Below, in pieces: positions 27,039 through 40,287 of a stretch of 64,000 nucleotides of DNA. This DNA is from Paragordius varius (lineage: Eukaryota > Animalia > Nematomorpha). Where the stretch lies: assembly GCA_964247055.1 (NCBI GenBank), contig OZ176050.1:13392001-13456000 (forward strand), given 5' to 3'. The position numbers were made by a program, and so were the translations under genes. The notes beneath the pieces are model-generated. The model saw only the letters and a program-made list of their open reading frames with translations. It did not search any database and was not told the DNA's origin. Each line of letters starts with the position of its first letter. Position 1 is the stretch's first letter.

Positions 27039-30000
27039 TTATATCGACAATAAGAAGAGAGTATTTATTTTTTCATAATTTGTGACAATTCTCGACCTCG
27101 CTGAGCTGAAGCTTGTACGGCAGACATAAGGGTAGCTCTTAAGCCACCCTTTTCCAGTTCATAAATTCCTGCAATAGTCGTTCCACCTGGAGAAGAAACT
27201 GAATCTTTTAAGGCGGCAGGATGTTTCCCAGTTGTTAACATTAATTGACTTGAACCCTATCATATACAATTATATTACAGTATGAATAAGTAAGTATACA
27301 TTGATAGAAAGTTATTAATTGCTTATTGCCAAATAGTAAATATAACAAAGGGCAGTATTAATGTGGCTAATAATAGTAAAAATCGCAAAAAACAACTATA
27401 AGCCAATAATACTGCCCTTTGTTTTCCTTACTTTTTGGCAATAATTAATAATTTTCAAGCAATGTATGTTACTCATACTGTAGTATTTTGAGATTTAAAT
27501 TTGTATACACGCCTATTTAAATTATGATATAGAAACGAATGATATATCTGGAATAAACAGCTCTATTGGTTATACGGGTTTTTTAAATCGTTAATAGGGT
27601 TAAAATTTGAAATGTTTGTGAAGAATTATTGTTTTTTTCATTTATTCTTGCTTATAATTTAAGCCGTTTAAAAATATTTAAAGATACATCCCTAGGACCA
27701 CATTTAAAGATTCATAAAAACAATATTATGGCTCTTTACTGTATATCAAAACAACGTTTTAAATTGAATAAAAAATCCATTTAGTAAAGGGTTTCTAATT
27801 TAATAGTTCTGATTAATATGTAATCATATTTTTCACTATGGAAAAATCTCAAATTTCAAAAGTAATAAAAATATAAATTAACCTTAAGAACATGAGCTGC
27901 ATACTTTAAAGCCATGTCGCGAGGTATGCCCATTTTAACAGCTCCATCAGCCAAAGCTTCAATTATGATAAATGCCTATGAGACAAAAAATATATTAATA
28001 GAAATTAATAATATTAAAATGTTAAAGTAGTTATTATAACTGAATTCTGACCAAAATATAAATAATAAAAAATATGTTATCCAAGGTTTAAACTAATACG
28101 AGTTAATTTATTTAATCACAGAATGAAAATACAGTTTAAAAGAGTTTATAGCTCCTAAAATGGAAATACCAGTTACAGTTCAAATTCACCCTTGAACAAT
28201 TTATATTCACCCATGAACAATTTCTTTAAACAATTCAGATTCACCCTAATAATAAATTATCTGTTTTCGAATATTAATATAACTCATTTATTAATATGAA
28301 ATATATCTTTATGACATAGTTTATTATTTTTTCATTATCATTTTAATTCAATACAAAATTTAATTTTTTAAAAGGATATAAAAATATAAGTAATTTTAAA
28401 TCTTTAAAAAACATATGATTTTAGATGGTTAATTTGCATTGTTCTAGGGTGAATTTGAATTGTTCAAGGGTGAATTTGAATTTTTCAAGGGTGAATTTAA
28501 ATTGTTTAAGGGTAAATTTGAATTGTTTAAGGGTGAATTTGAATTGTTCAAGGGTAAATTTGAATGTTAAAGGGTGAATTTTCTACAATCCATAAAAATA
28601 TTTAATGGCTATAAAAAAAACGGATATATACATATGCCGGACCACTTCCAATCAAGCCACCATAGGCATCCATTAATGGTTCAGGGACTGCGTCGCAAAT
28701 ACCCATTGACCCGAATAGGATTTGTACAATCTTTTCGCATTCTTGCGTTAAAGTTAACTCTATACAAAACATTTTATAATTAGTAAAATTTATGGCAAAA
28801 TATGTTGAATCACACATTGAATTAACAATATAAAAAAATCAATCATTTTATTTAAAGGGTGTAAATTTCTTGTTATATGTCAAAAAATTTGTCCATTCAG
28901 TTTTATACTTTTGTATCGTATGTTTTAAATCGATTTTCGTTTATTCTATGAAAACATTGTCATAAAATATAGCCATGACTAAATGACATGTTTTAACAAC
29001 ACATTTTCATTAAATTCAAAATTGAAAAAAATATGATAATTGATTTTGTAATATGTGTATGTATATTTTAAATTAATTTCCTTTTGATGTAAGATATTAT
29101 ACGTTATTTACTGGATTGCCAAAATTTTAATTAGTACTTAAGTTTTAAGCTAATAAACTTAAAAGAAAAGTCTTAAACATTGTACGACTTTTTTAAAATA
29201 ATTTTGCAATATATTAATCATTTAAAACTGACCTAAATTGGAAAAATGCTGGAAAAACGTTTCCAGATATATACTAAAATTTTAGCTCAAATCCAATTTT
29301 TTGTGTTTAATCAATTCTATAAAGTGGTATAATTCTAATAAATACACATACACCTCAGTTGAGAATTATATAAAATTAAAGGTCAAAAAAGGGTAATTTT
29401 GCAATGCTTATAACTTATTAATTATAAATATTCACAAATTTGATTTTGTCCAGCAAAATAAATAAAAAATCAATTTCAAAAATACTATAAAAAAAGTTAG
29501 CATTTTTGTTCCAGATTGATATTGTTTAAATTTGTAATATTTAACAGACAGAAAAATTTTTGATACGACCTATAATTTGAATTTCATTATCATTTAATTT
29601 TGGCGTTTTGTTTGACTGTTACACGCTTATAGACAAATTTTGTCGAATTTGTCAATTTTTAAATAAACGTTTTGGAAATAAAATCTCTTAAACAACTTTT
29701 TTTTATTCTTATAATAATAAATCATAATGGTAGATATTGATTGCATGTTAATAACCAAATAAAAATTCCAGTGTTACAAAATAAATATCCAATATGCGAA
29801 AATTTATTGATGACAGACCTTCGGGCATCTTTGAGTCAAAAACTTTGATGGAATAAACGCTAACCCCATTTCCCACTAAAAGAGGCGTATTTGGCATGAT
29901 TCTTGCTATACATCTATTCGTACAATGTTCTTTATGCGGTAAACACTGTTTATAACTTTAACATAAATCATACATCGTTCAATGAATCCAAACTAATGCC

Positions 30001-30317
30001 GGCTAAAATTGACAAAACAAATGGGTTGTTTGATTTACCAGGATCATAATTTATTTGATAAAGTGCATCCTTTAAATATTGCGGTTTTATGGCTAAAATG
30101 ACAACTTTACAATTATTGAATATGAAGGAATTATCTTTCGAAAAATTATTTTGGAACTCGCTTCCGAATTCCTTTGTAAATTTAGATGCTTTAGTTGGAG
30201 AACTTGCAAAAAAATTATCCATAGGCATACCTAAACATTAATTAAATTCACACTTTTGGATGCGCCTTTGAGAATAGCGATTGCCATATTACCAGCCCCA
30301 ATAAAACCAATAGACAT
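27039..30317 (-). CDS. PYCR: Pyrroline-5-carboxylate reductase, 6 exons
   Basis: Motifs [114 protein letters not shown]. Joining requires introns of 23 nt (30231-30253) and 28 nt (29946-29973). Confidence 0.96.
27278..27480. mobile_element. Hairpin MITE with ~80-bp imperfect inverted arms, in a PYCR intron
   Basis: TA|CAGTATGAATAAG...AACAAAGGGCAGTATTA versus TAATACTGCCCTTTGTT...TTACTCATACTG|TA. Confidence 0.82.
28174..28575. mobile_element. Foldback MITE family F1 copy in a PYCR intron
   Basis: Arms of the 21-bp unit TTGAACAATTCAAATTCACCC, with about six inverted copies at 28446-28572; the core is shared with copies at 37.7, 48.2 and 55.6 kb. Confidence 0.82.
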
Positions 30318-30837
30318 GATAAGAAATATATGAAAAATTGAAAGCGTGAAAACTACATATGACTAAACTGAATGCAACGAATTCGTTTCAATTTTCCCTG
30401 CTTTCTAGCAGATATAAGAATTTAAGTTATTTTCTTAGTGCTTAGCTATAAAAATAGGTCGTTCTAATGTTACGATTAAACTATAGTAATAAAAAAGAGA
30501 TAAACACTGCATTGCCTTATTCAAACTAAGTTAATAAGTGAAGAAATAGATGGCTGTTATAAAACTCAGAAACGACATAAAACTATGTGCCCAACTTAAT
30601 TTTATCTAAAAATTAGCCATAAACTTATAGCAGATTTATTGACTCATAAGCCCTAGTAATATATATATGCTATCTAGTGCAATGGTGTCGCTTGCATCCA
30701 TAAACCTCAGTGTCAATAAAATTTATTTTCGTTCATCCATTATCTTACGGATTTAACAACTGTTATTACAAAACATAATTAATCCATCATTTACCATTAC
30801 AATTGACTATATAATCTTTCGTAATATCTATCCGTTT

Positions 30838-31179
30838 GGCTGAGCGTAGTGGTGTGCGCTTGTAATCCAACGACTTTGTGGAGGCCGTTACACAGAGTGG
30901 TGGATGGTTCGAGACCAGGGTCCATACTCGGTTTGTGCTCCCTTTTCACGCAATCATCATATGATCGAATGCCCACATTAAGCCTGGCATCGACATGGGC
31001 TTACACAATCATACACGGAAGTGAGTGGGCCCAGGTCGCGTAAAGAGAGGCGAACCGGCCCAGGCTGGAAACAGAGCAGGCAAAAGTCTCCTTGCCATTC
31101 ACGGCTATGCAATGGGAGAGCATTCGTGAGTGAACCATTCCCGAGTATCCTGGTCACGTTCGGGCCAAACCCACTTTTT
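30838..31179 (+). ncRNA. 7SL: Signal recognition particle RNA (7SL), ~340 nt
   Basis: Alu domain GGCTGAGCGTAGTGGTGTGCGCTTGTAATCCAACGACT with the UGUA motif. Helix 8 GGCCCAGGCTGGAAACAGAGCAGG has the GAAA tetraloop and SRP54-binding motif. Helix 5 pairs GACCAGGGT/ATCCTGGTC and GGTTCGA/TCGGGCC. A T5 terminator ends the gene. Confidence 0.95.
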
Positions 31180-32130
31180 AGCACTTTTTTATTTAATTAA
31201 TTAGATTTCATTAATTAGATTTAAAAGGGAAATAAAAATATTTACTGGGTTTTTTTTTATAGAGTTTTCCCACTTTTTGCATTTGATTTAAAAGGGAAAT
31301 AAAAATATTTTAGATTCAATTAGATTTAAATTTGCATTTTTTTAATTAGAAAGAAAATACAAATATTTTTTGGGTTTTTTTTTATTTTTCATAAAGTTTT
31401 AATTTTTTTATAAAATCATTTTTTTATTTTTGAATTATTAATTAAGTGGATTTTCATTAATTTTTTATTTCCATATTTTTTTCTTTTTTAAAAAGTTTTT
31501 TATTTTTAAGCTATTTTTATTTTTTTATTATATATTGTTTTCTTCAATTTAATTAATAGTTTTTTTAATTTAAAAGTTTTTTATATTTTTTATTTAAAGA
31601 TTTTATTTTTAAGTTTTTTTATTTTCTTTTTTTATATTCCGTTTCCTGGTCTCGTTCAGACCAGACCCATTTTTTACATTATTTAATTTTTTATTTAATT
31701 AGATTAAATATTTTTTTATTTAATTAGATTTAAAAGGAAATAATAATATTTAATTAGAGTTTTTGGTTGTTTTTATAATTTTTTTATAAAGTTTTTTTTT
31801 AATATTTTTGAAGAATATTTTTTTATATTTCAGACTATATAATAAAAAATTTTTTAGATGAGCGTTTTTTAATAAAGTGGGTTTTTATTAATTTTATATG
31901 TAATTTATTTTGGGTATTATTTAATCCATATTTTTTTTCTTTTTTAAAAAGTTTTTTATTTTTATGCTTTCTTTTCTTTTATATTATATATATTAATTTA
32001 GTGTTTTTTTATTTTTAATATAAAGGTTTTTTATTTTTTTATTTTCTTTATATATATTTATTATATTGAGTATCCTGGTCTAGTTCGGCACTTTTTGCAC
32101 AATCTATTTAATTTTTTATATATAAATTTT
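31180..32130. repeat. T-rich degenerate tandem duplication containing two decayed copies of the 7SL 3' end and terminator
   Basis: 31639-31676 (ccgtttcctggtctcgttcagaccagacccatttttt) and 32068-32100 (gagtatcctggtctagttcggcacttttt) resemble 31143-31185. Confidence 0.75.
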
Positions 32131-33986
32131 TTTTGATTTAAATTTGCCAAATATTTGATTGTTTCATTATAGTATTTAATTTACGGATTAGTTTTGTTTT
32201 TATAAAATATAAATTTTGTTTTTACCACGTAATACAAAACTCTGACATATGATTTGTCCCGATTAGGCGTACACGGTTTATAATCCAGGTATAAAAATGT
32301 ATTCCTTATGATTAATGAAACTGAAATTCAGCACAATACAATATATATCGAACTATATGATATCACTCTTTCGAATGATGATAAATGATATATAAACTCT
32401 GAATGGTTTAAAAGTAATTTTTGTTTGCCACGATACTTCTACAAAAAAATTGAAATCAATAAATGATGTTTCATGATTAAAAATCTTTTTAAATCAGGTG
32501 TTGGTTGGTTAAAAGTATTCAAACATCTTTTATAAAACAAAACTCACTAATTGTATATAATGCAAAGGCATATTTTTTTAATTTAACAATGGTTACGAAG
32601 ACTCAATAGGTTAAAAGGGACAAAAGGCCGCAGCTTATATATGCTTTTCTTTACAAATAAAATTTCCAACCAATCAGTTAAATAGGAACGCAGCTAAAGG
32701 AGGAAAGGACTGTTTCACCGGGCGCCATAGTTGAAGAGGCGCCGGATTTTGCAAATATTTTAATTTTATTACAAAAAATAGGCATAAAAAAGTTAGTAGT
32801 TTAAACAGTACATAAAAAAATGAACCATTTATGAGTGGTCAAGACCATGGTTAAATTTGATTATTTTTTTTTGAATGCAAGAGATGGAGGGGGAAGGGGC
32901 GCCAGAAGTACAAGCTACGCCTATGCCTAAATATTCTCAAAGAGCTATAAAATACATACCAATTCGGCTACGTTTCGTCACCAGATTTCATCTTGTAGTC
33001 CAATAAATTATTTTACTTTGTTTATGGAATCGAACATATTACTTTGCATAGTCCGTGTTTCACAACTATTATGATGCCAATTAGTTCATTATTCCTATTT
33101 TTTGGAATATACATGTTGAATCGGATCAAACCACCGATTAAATCGTTTTTTTAAATTAATTTATAATGTGTGCTCCCTCGATTAAAAGTCGAAATATTGT
33201 CTCTTTAAAAAGCTTCTGCATTTAAAAAATACTTAATCAGTAAAAAAACCATTGCCATTCATAGTTAGTGTAGATGTGCAATTAAAGTTTTAGAGAGATA
33301 AAAAAACTTAACTTTTGACAAATGTGACAATATAGATTATTATATGATTTATATAATCATTAAAATATCATTCTTTCAAAACTAGTTTATGCCTGTATGT
33401 TATCTAAATGGTCAAATACTTTTTAAGCGTATTTTATAAGTTGTTAGCGTGATAATATATCATATGCCTCAGTATCTTTATATAATAATTAAGCCATACT
33501 TTTTTCAAACCGCGCATATTAGTTAAAAAATGAAATAAAGGGTTTAGCGATCACATGATGTCGCAAAATAAAACAAGGGTGTATAAAAAAACAAATAAAA
33601 TCGATTAATACATAAAGTGGTTGTTTATATATGTGCTAGCTATTATGCAATGTTTGTTTAGTATATTTTTTGTGTTTATTTCGTACATTAAAATACACAA
33701 TATAACATAAAGCCAAACTTTTCAAATTCACAGATCCTTATCAAAGTAACTTATATTTTTATCATTTTAATTAATTGATTATATAATTTGCCAATATGTT
33801 TTATTTCTAATTAACATGTCAAATTAGAATTTGTTAATTTTAAAAATAGTTTTATAAAATTAAAACCAAGGTCTCTTCAATGATGATTTAATTGTTTTTT
33901 TTCTATCATTGTCGGCATCTGTTAATTGTTTTTTCTATCTATCCTTATTTTATAATTGCGCAACATAAGGCAAAAACCATAACAAA

Positions 33987-36900
33987 ATGCAAGTTTTAAT
34001 TGAAAATAAACCCATTTTGCCTCAAAACGAACCCAATCCACAACTCAATAGCATTTTAACTGATTCACCAACAAAACATTCAAATACCTCGAACTCTAAC
34101 GGTGGTCCATTATTGTCACCTAATTCGCTAAAACCACATAGCATAGTTGTTGATCAATACGCCGAAGGTCAGATTGCAAAATTCTGGGAGGTGTACATAG
34201 GTAACACTTTAAATTTTATAAATGTACAGGTATTATGATTAATCTTTTGATCTATTTGCTTATCCAAATTGTAAAGTACCATAGTTGGCAATGATAAACT
34301 ACCCATTTTTCTACTTTTAAACACTATTATACCATCTAGCTAGGCTTTTATTAAAACTGGTATCTTTAATTTAAATTTAATCTTAAATAATTTAGTAAAT
34401 GTTAACATTAGCAAACGAATGCGTAATTTGACGGTGCTTTTGCGTGGGTTTATAACAAATTGCACTTTTATAATCGCAAAAGCTTTTAGCAAACGTTTTA
34501 AGTCGTAATATGCAATTGATTTTTTAAACTAACACTCCATTACTTTTTAGGGTAGTTTATATCCTAGAGCGATTTTTATAAAGTATTTAAGGTGTATTAA
34601 GTCGAATTTAAAAATATGCTTTCTTTAGCCGTTTAAGCGCATTATACAAAAAATTTATATAAAAAGATGAAAAATAATAAAAAAATCCTCAAACTTTTTT
34701 GCCGCTATTTTATAATTTTTATCGTTAATGCAACAAGCAAATAAATGAATATTATGGTTATGAAATGTAAATAATTAACTTTATAGGAAGTTTCAGGCTC
34801 TATTTTAGCAAAAACTTGATATGTTCTAGTTTTTATATCAGCTGTTAGTTTTAATCGTGTTTTGAGGCTGCCCTAATTTTTTCAAAAAATCACAAAAATA
34901 TAAAAATATAAGCTCTTTTATCCAATACATGAGAATTCTGTTTGATAGTTAAATTTTAACTAAAATAACTCTACAGCACTTTATTTACAAAATTGAACAT
35001 TGGACTATAAAACCACCCCAAAAGGGTAGGACAAAAAAGTGAAAAGGTAAGTGTTAAGAATTTTAAAATATATTTAGGCCTTTATTATTCTTTATTTTCA
35101 AATATATAATGGTATGATATTAGTTTACTGGGATAAATCATATCGATTATTTACAATTATACTGGGTTCCCCCAAAAAACCAAATTTTTTATTTATTAAC
35201 AAAAAACTATTGACTGAGTCATTTTGAATCAAATGAAATATTTTCAATATACGAGTAATACAGGCTTACTTTAGAAATTAAATTTGTAATATAGTTTTAA
35301 TTGTCGGAATTGTTACAAAAACTTACTTTTGAAATAAAAATTTACTGTTTTAGGTTCAAAAGCAGAACGCGTAAAAAATTATTCGGAAACTTTGGTAACT
35401 AAGCTGCGAGAAAATGGCTGCCAAAGAATCTTGGATGTAGCATGTGGAACTGGGTATCTCTAATTTTTTGTTAAATCAAAATTATTTTTTTGCATAAAAC
35501 TTTTTTTATTTTGATTTTTTTTAAATTAAATTTGGATATAAACAGATGTGTAATTTATTGTACTCAGGGACTTTATCTTTAATAATATTGAAATAAACTT
35601 AATTATAGTTGTCTAGGTTTTTATAAACTAATATTTATATCACATTAGATCGAGAAACTTTCTACATAATAATATATATTTTAGTTAATTTTTTCAACTG
35701 CTAACACATAAATTTGTTTTGAGGTGTTAAGCCTACATTAATTGCTATACCTATGCGTAATTCTTAACATAAATAAGTTTTATTGTAACGAGTGTTTTTT
35801 CTCAGTTATTATTTCCGGTATTTGGCTAATAGATTTTCAATGTCGAACTATAGAGGTTTGTTTTATGGAAATATATTAGTTATTACGTGCCAAATTTTGA
35901 TTGTAAAATAATTTTAATGGACCATGAAATACAATTTAAAAAAATTTCTTTTGTATGCATTTGTTATGAAATAAAATGGTGGACTAGTGCTACGTTAATA
36001 TGTTGTATATGATTGATTACAGATAAATTTTTTGAATTTGGAAAAGTTATCTGTAAAAATATGATTCTCGATGGTTTATATATTTCACAATCGCTATCAT
36101 TGTTTAAACCTTATTTATAATCCAAATTGTAACGTTTTCCACCTTATTATTTTATTATTTCTATCTTTTTTTGGTTTCTATCTATATCTGTCGAAACTTT
36201 ATAAGTGTATTATAGGATATTGCGGTATTTCGGTCTGTAAGTTTAAACCGTTTTTAGTATGTATTCTCAAGGATATTTTCCCATACTTATGCATATTGAA
36301 ATCGAATTAACATGATATATTGATCCGATAAACTACGTTTTTACAATTGGGAGAAATTTTCCTTGAATAAGATGCCATAATTTCAAAGTTCGTTGGATTT
36401 TGATTCTAAAGTAAATTCACCTATGTTGCTATAATAAAGTCACGGCTCTAGTACAATTAAACATTTACAGATTTTTTTGCACATTATATAATTTTTAGCT
36501 CCATATTTTCTTAGGATTGATTCAGTGATGTTATTGGAAAACGGGTTTGATGTCATGAGTATTGATGCCTCAGATAAAATGTTAAAACATGCCTATAAAA
36601 CTCGATGGGACCGTCGTAAAGAACCAGCGTTTGATAAATGGGGTAATATCGATTTTACCAAGTTTAAGAATATTTTTTGATATTCAAAAAAATTATAAAT
36701 AATGGAATTATATCTTCCGATTTTTATAAAAAAATTTACAATTTCGTCGTAGACATTGAGAAAGCAAATTGGTTAACCCTAAAAGATGATTTGGTTGAAA
36801 AGGGTTACATTTCTCAATTTGATGCAGTGATTTGTCTTGGAAACTCGTTTGCTCACCTACCGGATTCTGGGAATCACCAAGAGGATCAAGTTATTTAGGA

Positions 36901-38495
36901 TTATTTGATTTTGGATTTAGAAATAAAATTAGCACACTTTCACTTGGTGCCATAGTTTAATATTGATAAATCTAATGAAACTAAACCAATTTTTACCGTC
37001 AATCTCATGTGTTCTCAACAATTTTTATTAAATATATGAAACCGTAACTAATGGAAATGAATTATTTCATTAGATTACAATCATTAACCATCAAATTCGG
37101 ATAATAAAGCATTTATTTATATATCATTTCAGATAGATTGTTTTTAAATTCAATCATAGCACCCATTTACCTACCCCTGTTTAATTTATTTAGCGGGTCC
37201 AAAAAAATTGATAGAATTGTGTTTTTTTATTATTTGTCAAACAGTTCATTATATATTTAATAATTCTTAATAGAGAGGGCATATTTGAATTTCAAATAAT
37301 CTTGCATAAATTTACATATATACATAACATATAGCGAACAGCTCTAACCAATTTTCGAGATGTGCTCAAACCTGGTGGATCTCTCATCATAGATCATAGA
37401 AATTATGATTTTATCATTAAGAATGGGAAATGCCCCTGTCGTAACATATATTACAATGTAATAATTTTACAGAAATATAAAAAATTTATATTTAGGATAA
37501 ATTTAATGTGATTAACTTATTAATTTAAATTTGTGGTTGTAGAGTCAAAACATAAAGGACATAACGACATCTTTATTGTACGTTAATTTTGTACCGAAAA
37601 TGATTGCGTTAGATTACGACCTCGAAATTCCTAGAAAAGGCATTAATGGCGAAAATCTAATGTAAGTTTTTTTCGTATACCATTTACAGTTCAAATTGAC
37701 TTTAACAATTTAAATTCACCCTCAATTCAAATTCACTCTAAAAATAAATTGTGTTTTTCGAACTAATATAACTCATTATTAATATGACATAGATCTTTAT
37801 GGCATTGTTTATTATTATTCAGTATTATTTTAATTTAAAACAAATTTTTTTTAAAAAAAATATAGTTGATTTTTAATTTTAAAAAACATATAATTTATTT
37901 GAGGGTGAAGAATTGTAAATGGTATATTATTTTATTCCGATTTGACAAATGATTCTTTTTTAAAAAAATGAAATTATCATTAAAAATATTTACCTTTAAA
38001 TGGTTTAAAATATATGTCCTATGTTTTATACCTTAAAAATTTTTTTTTATATAATTCAATATTTTCAATTTTATTTCTCTCTATATGAATAAAAAATTTC
38101 GGGTTCAAAAAGAGATCTAACCCCATATTTGATCCTAAATAGATAAAAGTATTAAAAATTACTTGACCATAAATGACAAATTTTTAAAAAGGTTCTTACA
38201 AGTCTAGACTTTTTTGCTTTTCGTACGCCCTTACATTTTCAATTTTTACTTCAAAAAACTAACCCTTAAATTTAATTTGCTTGATAGATCATTTAGATTA
38301 ACGTATTATCCACATTTGCTCAAACAATTTACCCAACTCTTGGATGATATATTTGCGGATGAAAAAATCGCGACAAAAAATCATGCAATATATTCCGATT
38401 TCCATGACTTAGTTCCGGTTGAATCCGTCAAAGATAATGGTTATTTGGCAGCTAATCATGATACAGCCTTTTACATACACTGGATAACGAAATAA
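33987..38495 (+). CDS. GNMT: Glycine N-methyltransferase, 7 exons
   Basis: Motifs [96 protein letters not shown]. Exons at ~33987-34200, 35354-35453, 36515-36642, 36753-36889, 37334-37458, 37543-37661 and 38288-38495, with GT-AG sites. Confidence 0.97.
37680..37922. mobile_element. Short foldback MITE family F1 copy in a GNMT intron
   Basis: TATA|CCATTTACAGTTCAAAT ... AATTGTAAATGG|TATA with the shared core. Confidence 0.82.
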
Positions 38496-38841
38496 TTTTA
38501 TTACTAATTATTGAATGATATTGAATAATTGTTTTGTTCATCCAAAATCCAAAAAAATATTTAACAATGCAACAATATTTTCATATAATTCGCATATACA
38601 AGAAAAATATTATTTGGTTACCGGTTTTTTAATTGGTAGATAGTGTGAAAAAAATGAGTTTTTTGCTTCAATAATTTGAGCAAGAAAAAGTGCGTTTAGA
38701 AAAGGCAAAATATATGGGTGAAATGGTTTTAAAATAGAAAAAATTCTAAATAAATTTATAGGATAATTTATTTATTCAATATTTCTCGCTAATCACAAAA
38801 ATCATAAAAAGAGCGTGTTGTTTTAAAAGATTAGACATATT

Positions 38842-40287
38842 TTAACGTTGCATGAGTAAATAAATGTCATACAATCCACTCATGAAAGCTGAAACAACTA
38901 AAGTTGTCACAAAACCAAAAACGATTTTATCCTTCGTCCCATCCAAAAATGTTATCCAAGTGCCTTTGGCATATTCAGCCTACACGTATAAAATAAAATA
39001 TATGCAAAAATTGAATTTAAAATATTAACCAATTGACTGCTTATTTAAAAATCCACAAATGCAGATATTTTTGTTGAAATTAAAAAAATTTAATAATATT
39101 TTAAAAAAGGTTTTACATAGTTAAGTTTTAACCATTATTATAAATTTTATCTAATATCAAGGTGAGATCCCAAAATGACCGGTAAAGCTATTACAGTTTA
39201 TTGTCATGAATGTTTTATAAACATTCAAATTTCACCCTGAAGATAATACTAGTTTCCAATTTGTTGGAATGTAAAAATGATTTTCGCTATAAATAAAAGC
39301 CAGACTGACTGTAAAGTCAATAATTATGTTAACAAAACTAAAAGTTTATTGTATTCCAAAAACTAAATTTATTATTATATTTAAAATAATTTTTAATTAA
39401 AAAATAAATTTGCCGTATAATATGTTTAAATAAGATGTTATGAAAAATATTCATTATAAAATAACTTGTAAACGTTTTACATGCGGTATTCAAAACAATA
39501 AATTTTTTTAGCCCTTGATGCTCATTTATATAATTTAAATGTTGTTAAAGGGAGATATTCGCTTAATTTGCAAAAACTTTGCCTGTAATAATTAAAAAAA
39601 TTTATAATTCGGATCCTTCATTTATACAAATCCATCAATTAATAAAAATTCTAAAACAATTGTTTTATTATTGTTGACTATTTAACATAGGTACATAATT
39701 CAATATAAAACAACCTCAAAAACCAGTCGTTATCATTGGTATAAAATTTATCATATAGGGAAGCCAAATTTCTTTATTATAAAATTACAAAAAAATATTT
39801 CACAATATATGAGTTAGGTTTTAAAAACGAGTTTTACTAAAAATATCGTCTATTTTTATATCAATAATTTTAAAATCAATATTTGAAAATGTAAGAAAAA
39901 GTTAAATTTGTCTAAAAAATTAAAATATATAAAAATCTTACAGAACGTCTGGCTTGCAATGCCTTTAGCTTTGGATTGTAATACGCACCATCTTTACCCT
40001 TCACAAGCGTGTAGAAAAATGAATGGACCTCGGGGGGACCATCATAAACAATATTTCTAACTATGCCATTTTGGACAGGTAGTTCGGTTTGAACATTTTG
40101 ATTTTTCAAACTGCTTCTATCGTAAGTAATTGCTTTATAGTATTTATCATAAACATTTTTTTCGGGATCCTTCTCATAAGGATTATTATTTTGCGCCAAT
40201 CCCTAAAGTTTTAGTCAACATATTTACTCTAATTTGGTTTAGCAAAAAAAGTTGTGAATTTTTCTTTGCCAGACGAACAGATATCAT
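38842..40287 (-). CDS. Small (~152 aa) predicted mitochondrial inner-membrane protein, possibly COX7A/COX7A2L-like
   Basis: Three exons (40228-40287, 39942-40202, 38842-38979) join in frame through a 25-nt and a ~960-nt intron. The N-terminus MISVRLAKKNSQLFLLNQIRGLAQ looks like a presequence. The C-terminus NPKLKALQ...GTWITFLDGTKDKIVFGFVTTLVVSAFMSGLYDIYLL has one hydrophobic helix and loosely follows the COX7A pattern. The gene structure is more certain than the family call. Confidence 0.6.

Noticed and set aside
30849-31184. Two short ORFs on opposite strands
   Set aside because: They are artefacts of the GC-rich SRP RNA gene.
27039-38495. Functional cluster of amino-acid genes (PYCR, GNMT, nearby MIOS)
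   Set aside because: Only a few neighbouring genes in mixed orientations, with no shared regulatory motif seen; most likely coincidence.
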